NCBI RefSeq assembly: GCF_009914755.1
Contig: NC_060934.1
Source of the DNA: the human T2T-CHM13v2.0 reference genome, Homo sapiens
DNA: 64,000 nt
Strand: one strand, 5' to 3'
This document shows positions 1 to 19,566 of the stretch, piece after piece. A program made the translations under genes and the position numbers. A model generated the notes under the pieces. It did no database searches. It saw only the letters and a list, made by a program, of their open reading frames with translations, and was not told where the DNA came from. The first letter of the stretch is position 1. Each line of letters opens with the position of its first letter.

Positions 1-558
1 GGCAGCATCGACTTAGAATCACACAAGAGAGGCTAACATTTCTCTAAGGCACTGAGGAGGGAGAACACAGCTCCAGTTTTGTTTGGTTTTTGAGGGCAAA
101 AGGGGCAATGGGGAACTGAGTGAGGTGAAAGAAAACTTCACCAAGTGGATGGTGGGAGGGCAGCCTCCGACCAGGGGTGGGATTTTTCCAGGTGGAGTAG
201 GGGGAAGCTGGGGAGGGTTATTTAACAAAAGACGCCCAGAGGTGGGGAATTCAGTATACACTTAGAGATGAACTTTTAGGGTGTTTGACTTTGTGTGGTC
301 GTTTATTCAGGAAGGAGCTGAGGGCTGCTGCTCCAGCCTGTGAGTGGATAAGCCATGGTCCCTGATGGGGAGAAGCTCAATGGATTGGTCAGGTGGATGT
401 AGAGGTGCTGTGGTTGCACAGGGAAGGGAACAGCAGGTGATTCCTAAAGCCGGTGGCAACTTTAGGGAGAAGGTGACTGTTTGAGGGGAGGGTCACAGAC
501 CAAGGATGTGCAATGGCAGAGAGGCACAGTGTGGCCTGGCCAGGGAAGGTAGCACTTA

Positions 559-850
<292 letters not shown>

Positions 851-1119
851 AAAACCAAGATTTTTAAAAAGTCATTTAATCTCATTATTTTGATGAAGCA
901 TAGATATTTTTGTAGTATTAATAAATATAGTTCTGCAGACACCGCTGCTGATACCCAGGCAAACAGGGTCTGGAGTGGACCTCTAGCAAACTCCAACAGA
1001 CCTGCAGCTGAGGGTCCTGTTTGTTAGAAGGAAAACTAACAAACAGAAAGGACATCCACACCAAAAACCCATCTGTACATCACCATCATCAAAGACCAAA
1101 AGTAGATAAAACCACAAAG

Positions 1120-2136
1120 ATGGGGAAAAAACAGAGCAGAAAAACTGGAAACTCTAAAAAGCAGAGTGCCTCTCCTCCTCCAAAGGAACGCAGTTCCTCA
1201 CCAGCAACGGAACAAAGCTGGATGGAGAATGACTTTGACGAGTTGAGAGAAGAAGTCTTCAGATGATCAAACTACTCCGAGCTACAGGAGGAAATTCAAA
1301 CCAAAGGCAAAGAAGTTGAAAACTTTGAAAAAAATTTAGACGAATGTATAACTAGAATAAGCAATAGAGAGAAGTGCTTAAAGGAGCTGATGGAGCTGAA
1401 AGCCAAGGCTCGAGAACTACGTGAAGAATGCAGAAGCCTCAGGAGCTGATGCGATCAACTGGAAGAAAGAGTATCAGTGATGGAAGATGAAATGAATGAA
1501 ATGAAGTGAGAAGGGAAGTTTAGAGAAAAAAGAATAAAAAGAAACGAACAAAGCCTCCAAGAAATATGGGACTATGTGAAAAGACCAAATCTGTGTCTGA
1601 TTGGTGTACCTGAAAGTGACAGGGAGAATGGAACCAAGTTGGAAAACACTCTGCAGGATATTATCCAGGAGAACTTCCCCAATCTAGCAAGGCAGGCCAA
1701 CATTCAGATTCAGGAAATACAGAGAACGCCACAAAGATACTCCTCGAGAAGAGCGACTCCAAGACACATAATTGTCAGATTCACCAAAGTTGAAATGAAG
1801 GAAAAAATGTTAAGGGCAGCCAGAGAGAAAGGTCGGGTTACCCACAAAGGGAAGCCCGTCAGACTAACAGCTGATCTCTCGGCAGAAACTCTACAAGCCA
1901 GAAGACAGTGGGGACCAATATTCAACATTCTTAAAGAAAAGAATTTTCAACCCACAATTTCATATCCAGCCAAACTAAGCTTCATAAGTGAAGGAGAAAT
2001 AAAATACTTTACAGACAAGAAAATGCTGAGGGATTTTGTCACCACCAGGCCTGCCCTAAAAGAGCTCCTGAAGGAAGCACTAAACATGGAAAGGCACAAC
2101 TGGTACCAGCTGCTGCAAAATCATGCCAAAATGTAA
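1120..2136 (+). pseudogene. L1 ORF1 (full 1017-bp length) with in-frame TGA stops at 1264, 1447 and 1507
   Basis: MGKKQSRK... through ...QNHAKM*; the stops are at CGA codons. Confidence 0.93.
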
Positions 2137-2199
2137 AGACCATCAAGACTAGGAAGAAACTGCATCAACTAACGAGCAAAATAACCAGCTAACATCATA

Positions 2200-6010
<3,811 letters not shown>

Positions 6011-6419
6011 ACAATGAGAACACATGGACACAGGAAGGGGAACATCACACTCTGGGGACTGTTGTGGGGTGGGGGGAGCGGGGAGGGATAGCATTAGGAG
6101 ATATACCTAATGCTAAATGACGAGTTAATGGGTGCAGCACACCAGCATGGCACATGTATAGATATGTAACTAACCTGCACATTATGCACATGTACCCTAA
6201 AACTTAAAGTATAATAATAATAAATAAATTAATGCAATTTAGTTATTTTAAACTATATATTATTGTTAGTATAACCTGATCATATTCCTTTTTAGGCATT
6301 GATAACACACAGTCTATCTTAGCTGGTGACAATGTATATGATTCATATATAAATAGACAGATCTTGGGGATGCTTTTCTAACAGATCAAAAGGCATGAAG
6401 ATATGTAAAGAGCATGCCC

Positions 6420-7290
6420 TGGTGATGGATGATAAGGGAGGAAAGCAGATGGAAGGGTGTCACCAAGAGCCAGGCAAGAGATGCTCATGTTCTGCACTAG
6501 GGTAACAGCAGTAAGGGCGAGAGGACCTGGAGATCTGGGCGGAGCTGGATCAAGGGGATTTGTTTGAGCTTGGAGAAGGAATCAAGGGAGAGTCTGAATT
6601 CAGTCACAAGTTTAGGGGAGTGAATGGACATGAGAGGGTCCAATTATAGAAGGTGTTGGTGTTTGGGTGGATTTGAAGGGTAAGAAAGAAAGGGGAAATT
6701 TGTATAATTCCTAGTTTTCTCTCTAGAAGACTGGATGGATGACATGTAATTCACCAAGAAAGAAAAGGAAAGAGTGAAGTAGGGAGCAAGTTCAACAGAG
6801 AGAGTTTTGGACCTGCTGTCTTTGAAGGACTCATGCATTTACTTGGAGGTCTCAAGCAGGAAAGTGGACGTAGTGTCTGCAGCAGGAAGAAGTGCAGGTG
6901 GGCCATATTGACTCTACAGCGAAGACCACAGTCATCAATGAAGTTGCTCGTGGAGGATGTAGAGTAAGAAGAGAAGAGGACCAAGCACTGAATCACGTGG
7001 AGACAAGCACACGTAAAAGAAAAGAAGGGAGTGAAGCTGCAGAGAGAAGCAAGCTGTGGAAGCCGGATTCTGCAAGAAGCAGATGGAAATCGGGAAGGAA
7101 GGTTTGCCGTGGAAAAGACCCGGCACCCAAAATCTGTAGACAGGAATACATCAGAGTAAGGCAGCCACACCAAGGTGTTGCAAGGTGAAGAGGAAAGAAA
7201 TTGAGATGGCTCAGGTGAGGCTGAGGGAGTGACAAAGGAGACTGCTGCTGGGGATGGCAGTGAGGGTGGTCTGAGCAGAGTGCATTTGGG
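6420..7290 (-). mobile_element. Old L2 LINE fragment(s); boundaries approximate
   Basis: Degenerate purine-rich similarity to the reverse L2 consensus. Confidence 0.5.
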
Positions 7291-7861
7291 CATATTTCAG
7301 AATTGTTACAAAGGGGAATTCAGTAATTGAGTTGAGTCCGTCCTCTTAAGTCCCCATCACTCGTGCTTTGATGAGCTTTGGTTTCACTTCAAATGAAAAT
7401 GGTTTATAGCATCAAAACCTGTATCTGTGCCAAACTGAATGAAACATAGATTTCTACGATCAGAAAGTTATTTAATCAATAAGCCTCGCTCTGTGAGTTC
7501 AACAATGCCATGTAAGCTAAAAGACATCATTCCTCATGGAATAGAAGCCAAGGCTAAATTCAAATTACATATCACCCAACCACAGGGCAAAGCTACATAG
7601 TTCTAGGACTCAGATGGCCACAACTCCTTTGGCAATGACAGGAACTTGCTGCTGAATAATTTTACCCAGGAAATCAGAGGTCTGCCAGAGTCTTTATCAA
7701 ACAACCATCTCCAATCACACGTTTATTAGTTAGTTCATCCATTTACTCTTCTAGAAGGTATCTATTAGCACCTTAATATGCCAACACCTGCACTAGGTCC
7801 TTAGATGTAAAAGTGAACAAGATCACACAAATCTACCCATGAGAGAAGATGGCATAGCACC

Positions 7862-8033
7862 ATGTACACTTTGGATGGACATCAGTTTCCTGGCTTTGAC
7901 ATTGTACTGCAGCTACATGAGATGTGACCACTGGGGGAAACTGGATGAAGGGCACAGTTGGGAGATATTTCTGGACTATGTTTTGCAAATTCCTGTGAAT
8001 CTACAATTATTTCGAAATGAAAATTTTTAAAAA
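7862..8033 (+). mobile_element. Old L1M (L1MC/MD-like) 3' end
   Basis: gtttcctggctttgacattgtact...ggggaaactggatgaaggg...tgtgaatctacaattattt followed by an A-rich end. Confidence 0.7.
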
Positions 8034-8309
8034 GTGAATATGAATCTGTCCATGACTGCAGAGCAAATATCCAGTCATGCAGGGAGATTTGAAGATGAAA
8101 AAGCAACCAGAACAAGTGCTGTGCCATGGGAAAGACCAAGTGGGAGGGGTGTCACTAATCTCCCTGGGTGGGCAGCTGGGGAGGATTCTGTGAAAAGGGG
8201 GGAGGTGGGTTTAGTTGAATTGATGGATGCCTTCTGTGCAAATGTCACTTCTTTGTGTGTCCAGAATGTGACAGCAGTGTCTTCTTCTTATTTTTTAATG
8301 GGGGCAGGG

Positions 8310-8480
8310 GTGAGTTTTAACTTTCACACTCTTTCTCATCTAATGCTCACAATAACACAATGACATCAGCATTATACCCATTTTACAGAAGAGGAAATGG
8401 AAGTCAGTGAGACTTTGGCAATCACTCTGTGCTTACATCAGTGGTGGCTTAGAAACTCAGTCCAGGTCTTCTGACCCCAC
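8310..8480 (-). mobile_element. MIR
   Basis: Core cccattttacagaagaggaaa. Confidence 0.65.
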
Positions 8481-8805
8481 AGTTTCACCACTTGACTTGG
8501 GTGGACGCTTGCTCCACCTGGCTCTTCACTAGCTGTTCCTTCTGGTAGGTCTGAGCAGAGTGAATATGTTTTAAGGCTGGGGGAAAGGAAATGCCAAACT
8601 CTGCAAGCCTTGGAGAGATGTGATTTGTAAAAGTAGCGCTCCCCACAAAATAATAATAGAAACCCACATGCATGGTGGCGTTTATGAGATACTTAAGAAA
8701 ACAGGTACAAATCTTGAATGAAGATATTTAAAACCTTCTGATTTTCAGGGGCTAAAGAAGCAATGGCATGTGGCCAGGGCATGGTGAGGTGGGAGCAGCC
8801 TGTCA

Positions 8806-9075
<270 letters not shown>

Positions 9076-10091
9076 TTATGTATCTATCCACTTGCACACC
9101 AAGTGGGGTGTAGACAAAGCAGATTCTGCAAGGGCACGCTGGCTGCTATGGATTCTTTCTCTGATTTACCAAGGGGTGCAGCTCAGTATAAGGAGGACAG
9201 AGCACCCATACCCATTGGAGACCCTTGATCCCAGGACTTTCCTGAGGGTAATGACGAAGGAGGAAAACCTAAAAAATATACTTACTGTATGCCATTTTCT
9301 ACATATTTGTGAATGAATTATACTGCACCTAATTCCAAGTCCAGTTGATGAAGTTTGTTCCTAACTAATACTGAACCCCTTGAGAACCGGAATCCATCCA
9401 ACGCCAGAATGTCATGCCAACAAACTTCTGTTTCCTTGGAGAACTAGTATCCTCTTAAAAGAACCCATTCCATTCTTAGGGAAATGTAACTGATAATATT
9501 TTTTAAAAAACAATTAACCGAACTTTGCTTCCATGTGATGTCACCTATTGGTCCAAGGGGGCTTTCTATTGTTACCATATGTGACACCCCAAATATTTGA
9601 AAAAAATGACATCAAGTTTTCTCTTCTCTCACCAAGATCAGGGACTTCGCTCCTCATGATGTGGTTTTCAGACCCTTTTGACCTTGTACCACAGCTGCAT
9701 GAGATGTGGCCACTGGGGGAAACTGGATGAAGGGCAAACATTCTGGCCTCTACCTTCCAAATATCTTGAATTTGTCCGTTTTCTTCTCGACTGACTTGGC
9801 TCAGAATGAAGCCAGAATCCTCCAGAGAGACAATCTGATTGGTGCAGGTTACAGCGGCACCCAGAGCTCCATTACCATCCTCTTGCCTTTTGCCACGGTG
9901 GACTAAGATCCTGCACCATATTTTTCATAGTTTCATCACAGTAATGCCCAATATTGAGTTTATTGTAAACTAAAACCTTCAGGTGTTTTTCTGCTTTCCT
10001 TTATGAAGTGCCATTATCCCAGTTTCTTCTCATTCTGTACTTGTGAAATTGATTTTTTAAAGATAATTCAGGTGCTTCCCTTGATATCAGG

Positions 10092-10377
10092 TTTTTTTTT
10101 TTCCCCTGAGACGAGGTCTTTCCCTGTCATCCAGGCTGGAGTGCAGTGGCATGATGTCAGTTCACTGCAGCCTCAACCTCTTGAGCAAGCAGTCCTCCCA
10201 CCTCAGACTCTTGACCACATGTGTGCCATCGCCATGCCTGGCTAATTTTTAAAATTTTTTGTAGAGACAAGGTCTCACTATGTTGCCAAGGCTGGTCATG
10301 AACTCCTGACATTAAGCAATCCTTCTGCCTCAGACTCAAAATGCTGGGATTATAGGCGTGAGCCACTGCGCCTGGCC
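10092..10377 (-). mobile_element. AluJ-like
   Basis: Diverged reverse Alu dimer. Confidence 0.9.
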
Positions 10378-11597
10378 AGCTCTGAGGGATCTAGGTCAAT
10401 ATGGGAAAGGTTCTGAAAGGCTGCCATGTGAAGCCAGCCCCCCATGGGGGTGAGGAAGGAGTGCCAAGGAAGACCAGTGAGGACCCCTGGAGCCAGCTGG
10501 AGAGGGCAGAGAACCCAGAGGCCCAGGGTATTCTGAGGCATGTCATGCTTACACCCTATGGGGCATCAGGACCCAGGGGAGAACTTCAGAGTCCACAGCC
10601 TGTGCATGTCTCTGCAAGCTTTCATCTGTCAGAGGAGAAGCAGGCCATCATGGCATCAAGCAGAAGAGAACATCCAGGGGCACCCTTTCATTCCATCATG
10701 AGGTTAACGGAGGCAAAGCTTTTCTATTTGGAAGAGGTGGAGTGGGCATCACAGTTGGCTTCCCAATCCCAGCATTACGGCCGGCTGGCTCCGCCTCACC
10801 ATTTCCCCTCTGGCAGCCTCCAAGACTCATCCAAGGAACAGGGACCATGACACTTGCCTTGCTTGTCTCATGGGGTCCTGTAACGTCCAATGAGAATCAC
10901 GTGAAAGCATTGAAAGTGGCTTCAAACACATGGGTTGGGCCCAGTTTTATTGTCAATAAAATATAATCTTAAGGTTCTTCTTAGTTCTAATACTCTAAGA
11001 TTGGAAGTTCTAGATTCTTCTTTCCACATCTGCATACTTTCCGGCTCTGTGGTTTTACATTTGACCCAAACCAGGGCTTACATCATCTTTGAAGATGCCG
11101 TCGATTTTGTGGTTCCTCTGGCAGATGGTGAGTGACGCCACCACACCTGCTTCTCCACATCTCATGCTTTTCATCGACCAACAGCAGCCTTGCCCCTGAA
11201 GCTGGATGCACCTGTTGAATATTCCTCCATTTTCCTATTGCTGTGCCTTTCCTGGAGTCACTTCTTCCATCTGCAAAGCCTCTTCCACTCTAAAAAGTCT
11301 ACCTTCACAGAAGAATTTTTGTTTGCCATCTCCCCTACTTAAGTCTGGTGATATATTTTTTCCTTTCAGCTCTTGCACTTTTAATTGGAATAACATTCAC
11401 TTGGACATTTTTTGAATGTACAGCTTGTGTCTTTTCATCTGTTCATCCATTCATCATCAATCCATTCTACCTCTGAAGAAACCCCAGAAAGTGGCTCATC
11501 AGGTTTCTGGGGGTTGGGACTTCTCTATGTTTAGTACCCACTGCCATGCTTGACAAAGACCTGCACATCCAGAGCACACATGGTCTGTGATATCAAC

Positions 11598-12022
11598 TGT
11601 ATGGGTGGAATGGTGGCCCCCAGAAGATATGTCCAGGTATGTTCATGTCAGAACCCCCAGAACCTTGTAGATGTGACCTTATTTGGAAAAAGGGTCTTTT
11701 TTTCCAAATGTAATTAAGTTAAAGATGTAATTAAGTTAAAGATATCAAGGTGAGATTATCCTTGATTATCGAGGTGGGCCCTAAATCCATCAAGTGTTCT
11801 TAGAAAAGACAGATGGGGGCAAGAGAAGGCCATGGGAAGACAGAGGCAGAGACTGGGTGATGCAGCCACAAGCCAAGGAATGCCTGCAGCCACCAGAGGC
11901 TGGTAAATCGAGGGCTTGGTGGGGGCATGGCCCTGCCCACATCTTGCTTCCAAATGTCTAGCTTCCAGAATAAGCCACCAAATTTGGGGTAATTTCTTAT
12001 GGCAGCCCTTCAAAACTAATGT
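11598..12022 (+). mobile_element. MLT1-family (MaLR) solo LTR with an internal 17-bp tandem duplication (11708-11741)
   Basis: tgtgaccttatttggaaa...gtgggccctaaatcca...aaactaat motifs. Confidence 0.8.
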
Positions 12023-12570
12023 ATCAGTTTTGTGAACAAATTCAGAAAATTATTATCCTATGAGGTCAAAAGAAAGAAATGAATTGAATCCTTTTGTTAA
12101 TTCAGTTGCCAAATTAAAAGTTTAGGTGAGTCAAATTACACACAGACAGTTGAATAATTTCTTACTATTCAACTTATTATAAGGCAACTTATTTCTTATT
12201 ATGCAGCAGGCCAGTTTTAAAGCCAGCATACTTGTCTGGTGACCTATCCTCAGTTATAACTATTTGATGATGACTTTCAAGGGTCTCCTGCAACCTAATG
12301 AGCACAAAAAATAAACTCATTTTTTTTTCTTGTTGGTGCCTAAGAAGGCTTAAAGAACATAACTTCCATGCATGGGCAGGGTAAGACTCGAAAATGGGTA
12401 CAATTTGTTGTGATAGTAAAGCTACTTATGGACATCTATTGCTTTTTTTTTTTTGTTCTGAGTGTTAATAATTTACATGGTGACATGATAGAAAGAAGCT
12501 TTGTGACACAGGGAAATAAAATGCCCCGAGGCATGTGGGTTTAGGTTTCACGGGGTCCCTTCCAGTCTAA

Positions 12571-12935
<365 letters not shown>

Positions 12936-12954
12936 CCTTTCATTTATTTATCTC

Positions 12955-13442
12955 CCCACCCATCCATCACCATCCATCCATCCATCCCATCCATCCATCC
13001 AACCATCTGTTCAATTTACCCATCACCCATCCATCCATACCCATCCATCCATCCGTCCAACCATCTGTTCATCCATCCGTTGTCCATCCATCCATCATCC
13101 ATACATCATCCATCCACCCATCTGTTCATCCATTCCTCATCCATCCATCATTTATCCATCCATCCATCCAGGTACATCCATTCATCCATCCATCCAACCA
13201 TCTGTTCATCTACTCATCATTCATCCATCATTTATCCATCATTTATCCATCCATCCATCCATCCACATCCATCCATTCATCCATCCATTCAACCATCTGT
13301 TCATCCATTCATCATTCATCCATCATTTGTCCATCCATTCAACCATCCACACCCATCCATCCATCCAAATATCTGTTCATCCATTCATCCAACCATCTGT
13401 TCACTCATCCATCATCCATCCATCCATCTATCCATCCACCCC
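12955..13442. repeat. Degenerate (CATC/TCCA)n repeat with a recurring ATCTGTTCA landmark
   Basis: Directly visible. Confidence 0.95.
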
Positions 13443-14437
13443 ACACAATTTAGTCAGTGCCTAGGTACAAAAATATTTTAGATACATTGCAGGCCTTACA
13501 CATATAAAGAAAAATTTAAAAAAATTCTGCTAAGAGTTTTTAAATAATATTCTGGTGAGTATTTCTCAATTTCCTGAAGATTAAAAAATTATAAAACAGA
13601 TTCTTAATCTATGATTTTGTAGATAGACCAAAAAAAATTACATTCAAAGAGGCTGCTTAAGAATACTTACTTCTCAAACCTCCTCTAAGCCTTTAGTTGT
13701 GTGACTCCAAATAGGGCAACCCTCACTTGACTGCACCCTCAGAAAATGGAGAGATCCTTCCTTGTTAAGTGAATTCTACACTCTGTAAGCACCAAAGCTT
13801 CAATACTAATTATCTGCTCTCCAGCAGCTCAGCCATCCTCCTCACTAGATCCTTTCTTTTTTTTCCTTTCTATTTTTCCTCCTAATCTGCAGTGAGTTGG
13901 AAATCTGACAGTAAGCTTGTAAAGGTTTGTATGTTAAATAAGTGCCAACTACATTTTGAGAAAAGAAGTGAGGAGATTGAGATACAATAGTGTCAATCTA
14001 AGAGCTTGGACAGAAGAACGTGAAATGATGTCATACAGCAGAGAAGAAGAAAATTCCATAAGCATTTCTAGGTGGCTCAAAGCAAAGACAAGCAAAAATA
14101 AGAGGTATGAAGGGGACAAAAGAGAAAGAAACCGTAAGGTATGATAAGAAAGAGAAAACAGGACAGTGAAAATGGGAAAAGGAAGGTGAAAGAAGGAATT
14201 CAAGTGAGAACCAGCATAAAGGACAGAATGAGCTCAGCACTTTCCTGCTGTTGAGACTGGAATGTCTTCCTTGGTTGTAAGTCATCATCCACGTAATCAT
14301 TGTGGGCAGCAGACCTATGTGTGGAGCTTACTCCCAGGAAATCACATGGGCTGTCTCACAGCACTCGGTGCAATGATTAAATTAACTGAGCCAGGAAAGC
14401 CGATATCTTAGCATTTGTTTCCACAAAGCAAAATTTA

Positions 14438-14659
<222 letters not shown>

Positions 14660-14858
14660 CTACACATAAGAAAGTAGAGGCTCAGACACCTCCAGCCTCA
14701 GTCCTAACAGCATAAAACAGAGCTGGCATCTTAAGTGAGTCCTGCCTGTATCTAGTACTTGTTCTTATATTTTAAACAATAATGCTCACATTGTCATTTT
14801 TTTTGTTGTTTTTGCTATTGCTAATAAAACATACACAGACATTAAAAGTAATAGTATA

Positions 14859-15155
14859 GGCCAGGTACGGTGGCTCACGCCTGTAATCCTAGCACTTTGG
14901 GAGGCCCAAGCAGGTGGATCACTTGAAGTCAGGAGTTCAAGACCAGCATGGGCAACATGGTGAAACACCATCTCTAGTAAAAATACAAAAATTAGCAGGG
15001 CATGGTGTTGGGCGCCTGTAGCCCCATCTACTCAGGAAGCTGAGGCTTGATAATCACTTGAACCTGGGAGGCAGAGGTTGCAGTGAGCTGAGATCACACC
15101 ACTGCACTCCAGCATGGACGACAGAGCAAGACTCTGACTCAAAAAAAAAAAAAAA
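14859..15155 (+). mobile_element. AluS with TSD AAAAGTAATAGTATA
   Basis: Full dimer, A-tail, TSD at 14844-14858 and 15152-15166. Confidence 0.95.
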
Positions 15156-16446
15156 GTAATAGTATAGATAATAGGCAAATAATTTCTCCCTTTGTTTTAA
15201 ACTCTGGTTGGCACCCATAGACCTGTATGCACCATTCTGAATAGAACTAGCTGGTTTATTTTCGTACTGAGAACCTTTAGCCTGGGCAACACTTACAGCC
15301 CATGAGGTGGAAAAGAGGATATTAGCAGATGCAAGATAAGTTACACTTCATCTTCAATGGTGACAAGGTTAAAGGAAATGAGTTTACCCCATCACTGGTG
15401 GGATTAAGGTCGGATATAAGAGATAGCTTCCTGGAAGGGAAGCTTGCTGGATCTTGTGGAAGAATGCAAAATTCTCCTTCCTGGAAGGCATTTAGGACAG
15501 GATGGATAGCGTGGGTCCGGGCTGGCTGGAGACGACAGTGGACTAAGTGAATTCTTTCCGGCATGAAAAATGCCCGATGATTTCTCTGCTGCAGAAATCC
15601 AGTAAAATTACCTCTGGGTGCATTGCTGAGGTTTCCCAGAGCAATGATCTCAGCAGAGTGCTACCCACTAGATGTGATAAACAGCCATTCCAGCCAGGGA
15701 TTTTAAGAAGCTGGCGGACCAAATCCATTTCTCAACCCACTTCAACCTAAACCACTCAAAGTGTTCATGCAGATGGGAGGGAGGGATTATTGAGCGCTGA
15801 GCAAAGGAAGCTAGCATGTACTCATCATTTTCCAAGGAGCCCAGTGGCAGAGCTTTCTTTTACTTGCATGTCATGGGGAGCAGGAAGTGGGACCCAAAGG
15901 GAACAGCATGGGCAGGAGTGGTGGTGAGAACTGTGGATGCAGGTGCAGTCCCACCAGGTACACACAGCCTGCCCCGTCTCCAGGTGTCTCAGGCTGCCGG
16001 CACTAGGAAGGAGAAGCTTTGTTCTCAGATGGACTAAGTGCCTCTTCCTGCTCCCTAAAGCTTTATGCCTCCACATCAGGCTTTCCATAAGATGCCTCAG
16101 CTACAAGCTCCATCCCTGGGGACCACCCTTGAGGTCTGCAGTCCATTTCACTGCTTCCTTTCCAAAGGGTACATATTTGCTTCTGTGCTCAGGTTAGTTA
16201 GAAGCCTGATGAATCGGGATGGTTCCTTAAGAAACTAAGTAGTTAGTTTTAAATCACAGAGAAATGAAACCAAACTGACACGAATTTCAGTTTCACAACC
16301 TGGGAAAACTGTCGCCTTGCTCGATGTATTCCCAAGGGTTCACCTGGCCCTGGGATTCAGGCATGCCAAGTGGGAAAAAAGGAAAAAAAAACCAGCAAGA
16401 ACTGACAAGAACAGTGGAAAACTCCCAAACCCTTTAAAGCCTCTTA

Positions 16447-16882
<436 letters not shown>

Positions 16883-18999
16883 ACAGTTCCAATTTTTAGC
16901 TCTTTAGAGAAAATACAACAAGGAGGACTACTTTTTAAATGGATTAGATCATTTCAGGGGAACTAATTCTGTTGTGAAATCACTTATCAGAAGACTGTCA
17001 AAATCATTTAAACAATCTATGTTTTTGAGCCCCAGGAAGCCTGGGGAATCTAGGTGGGATGCCCTGTGGCATCTAGATGCTTGCGTGTTACAACCCAGCA
17101 GATGAGCGGGGGGCACAAGGGAGAGTCCAGTTGACCTGCTGGCCAGACAATGGGATGGTGCCAGGCACTTAGGGCACTTAGCATGTGCCGATTGTATACT
17201 TATTGAAAGTGACAGGGTGCAGGGTGATAAGGAGAATGTGTTTTGGTCTCTGACTCCAAGGGCGGAGCTTGAAAACATTCATTCACTCAACACTCAGTAA
17301 TTAGCTACTGAGCATATTCTGTGGGCGTGGCGTGGGGGGAGTGGGCGGGTCATGTCAGTCATTCCTCCCTGAAGCTTGCAATCAAGTTTAACCTTATTTT
17401 TCTCCAGTCCTGACTTAACTCATGGCAGAGGCAAGCCACAGTTTATGACGGAGTTCTTCTGGCAGAGGACATGATGTATGTCAGTAGAGCTGGGGCCCTC
17501 GAGTGGCCACAGTCAGAAGTAGGGCTGGGTGGTCTTCAGGCTGTGGTGGGCATATCAGCCAGGATTGTAACCAGCCTCAGCAACTCAATGATGTGAGACA
17601 ATTTTTTTTTCCAATAAATGTATTTATAACACTTTAGAGAAACCTGATTTTTTAAAGGGTTGTAATGCATCACAGAATCAGTAATCCATAAAGTGTGAGG
17701 ACCTTCGGTGCGTCTGGGCATGAATTTGCATCTGAAAGTCTCACCTGGGTGGTTTCTTAACAGAATTAACCTTTACGTTTTGATGTGAACCCAACCGAGG
17801 CCGTGGGGCATAGGAGGTAATAGTAGAAACATTGTTCTGGTCTGACAGTGAGACTCCTTGCCTGGTCACCACAGAATGGGGAAACCAAGTATTGTGGCAA
17901 TTATCTCAATAATCCAGGTCAAGGTAAGCATCCGTCTTTTTTCAATGTTAGTTTCCGATCTGATTTACTAATTCCATATATCTTTAAGTGAAGCCCACCC
18001 TTTTCTCTTCTGGACAGGCCCAAATTCTCAGCTGACATAAATCATGACTTAACACAGATTTCAAACCCAATTTGAGAGTCGTCATTGGCTTTGCCTGCAC
18101 ACACCTGCTTTCTCATGCTACCTCTTGCTCTCATCAGCACCACAGAAAGAGCTTCTGTTCTAACCTCAGCTTTTTACTCAAACTATAATGGCCCTATACA
18201 AGCCACAAAGGTGGAATCTTCTTTTAAGTAGTCACGAGAGCAAAGCGTATGAAAGTGTAGAGCGAAACCATTTCCAACAGTGCTTGAGTGAACGGTTTCT
18301 TCTAAGTGTTTGGATGCTTACAAATTCCTAGAAAGGCTGACATTTCAGAATTTAACACTGTCAATTTAGATGTGGAGAAAGTGGTGGGAGGGGACTGGAG
18401 GCAACAGTTCAGCCCCACTCCCATGCATTCCACACACCTTCCCACCTATTCTCAGGTCTGAATCAGACGCCACACTAGTGGTGAGCATTGGGGGGGTTGA
18501 ATTGGCCATTAAAGTCTAAGAGATCACAGGGCACAGTCAGTGTTTACTACCATGAGGGTGAGAAGAAGACTACGTTATTAGTGATTATTAATTAACAGCA
18601 ATGGAGATTTATAGTATGTTGGATGCCCCACATTTAACCCTCCCAAGAGAACTGCAGGCTCCACAATAAATCTGTCAAATATCTGTTCTGCTCTGTGATA
18701 AAATTAGCACAAATGTATGCACATACAAACTACACGGTCCAGAGGTTTGGATTTTGAGGAGCACATTTTGAGGGATGGATAAGCCTTTTAAAAGCTGAAT
18801 CCAAAATCCCATCATAAAAGGTAAATACAAATATAATAGGCTCAAACTTTCATAAACAGCTGGGGAAGGAGAGCTCAGAGTTGAAGGCAACCCACAGCTG
18901 ACTAGAACCTCTGCAGAACCGCAAGCAAAAAGAAGTGTCTGCCTGCTGGAAAGACTCTGGGCTGGCATAGATAGAAACAAACCAAGAAGAATGAGACTC

Positions 19000-19190
19000 A
19001 GAGTAATTGCAAAGAATGTGGGCTTCATCCTTACTCAGCCCTGGGTTCAAAGCCCCTCTATTTATAACTCTGGAGACGTGACTTAACCTCTCCTGAGCTT
19101 CATTTAGTTTGTGAAATGGGGTAGTAATACTCCTACCTCCTAGGGTTGCTGTGGGTATTAAACAAAATAGTGTGTGTGGAAATGAATCTC
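19000..19190 (+). mobile_element. MIR
   Basis: cctgggttcaaa...acttaacctctc...gtgaaatggggtagtaatac. Confidence 0.7.
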
Positions 19191-19431
19191 TGCATTGGTC
19201 CTCAGTGAGCAATTGATAACTGATGGCAGCTGTCCTTCTAGGAAGCAATTTAAAAGCCAGGAAAGACAAAACCAAAACCAATCCAAAAACCAGCAAATAC
19301 TTCCCAGAAGAAGCAAATGAACAGTTCTCTGGCCGATGGCTCTCGAAAGAAAGAAGAAAACAGAATTAGATTCCCTCCTGGGCTGCCGTTTAGGTTCTGG
19401 CCACCTGCTGAGAGAGGATACCAAGCAGGCT

Positions 19432-19463
<32 letters not shown>

Positions 19464-19466
19464 GAC

Positions 19467-19525
<59 letters not shown>

Positions 19526-19528
19526 GAC

Positions 19529-19563
<35 letters not shown>
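19432..19563. repeat. (GA)n microsatellite with GACA interruptions; reads (CU)n in the PRKCQ pre-mRNA
   Basis: Directly visible. Confidence 0.97.

Positions 19564-19566
<3 letters not shown>

Noticed and set aside
6644-7293. Cluster of 60-180-aa ORFs on both strands
   Set aside because: They overlap degenerate L2 sequence and show no recognisable domain or splice context.
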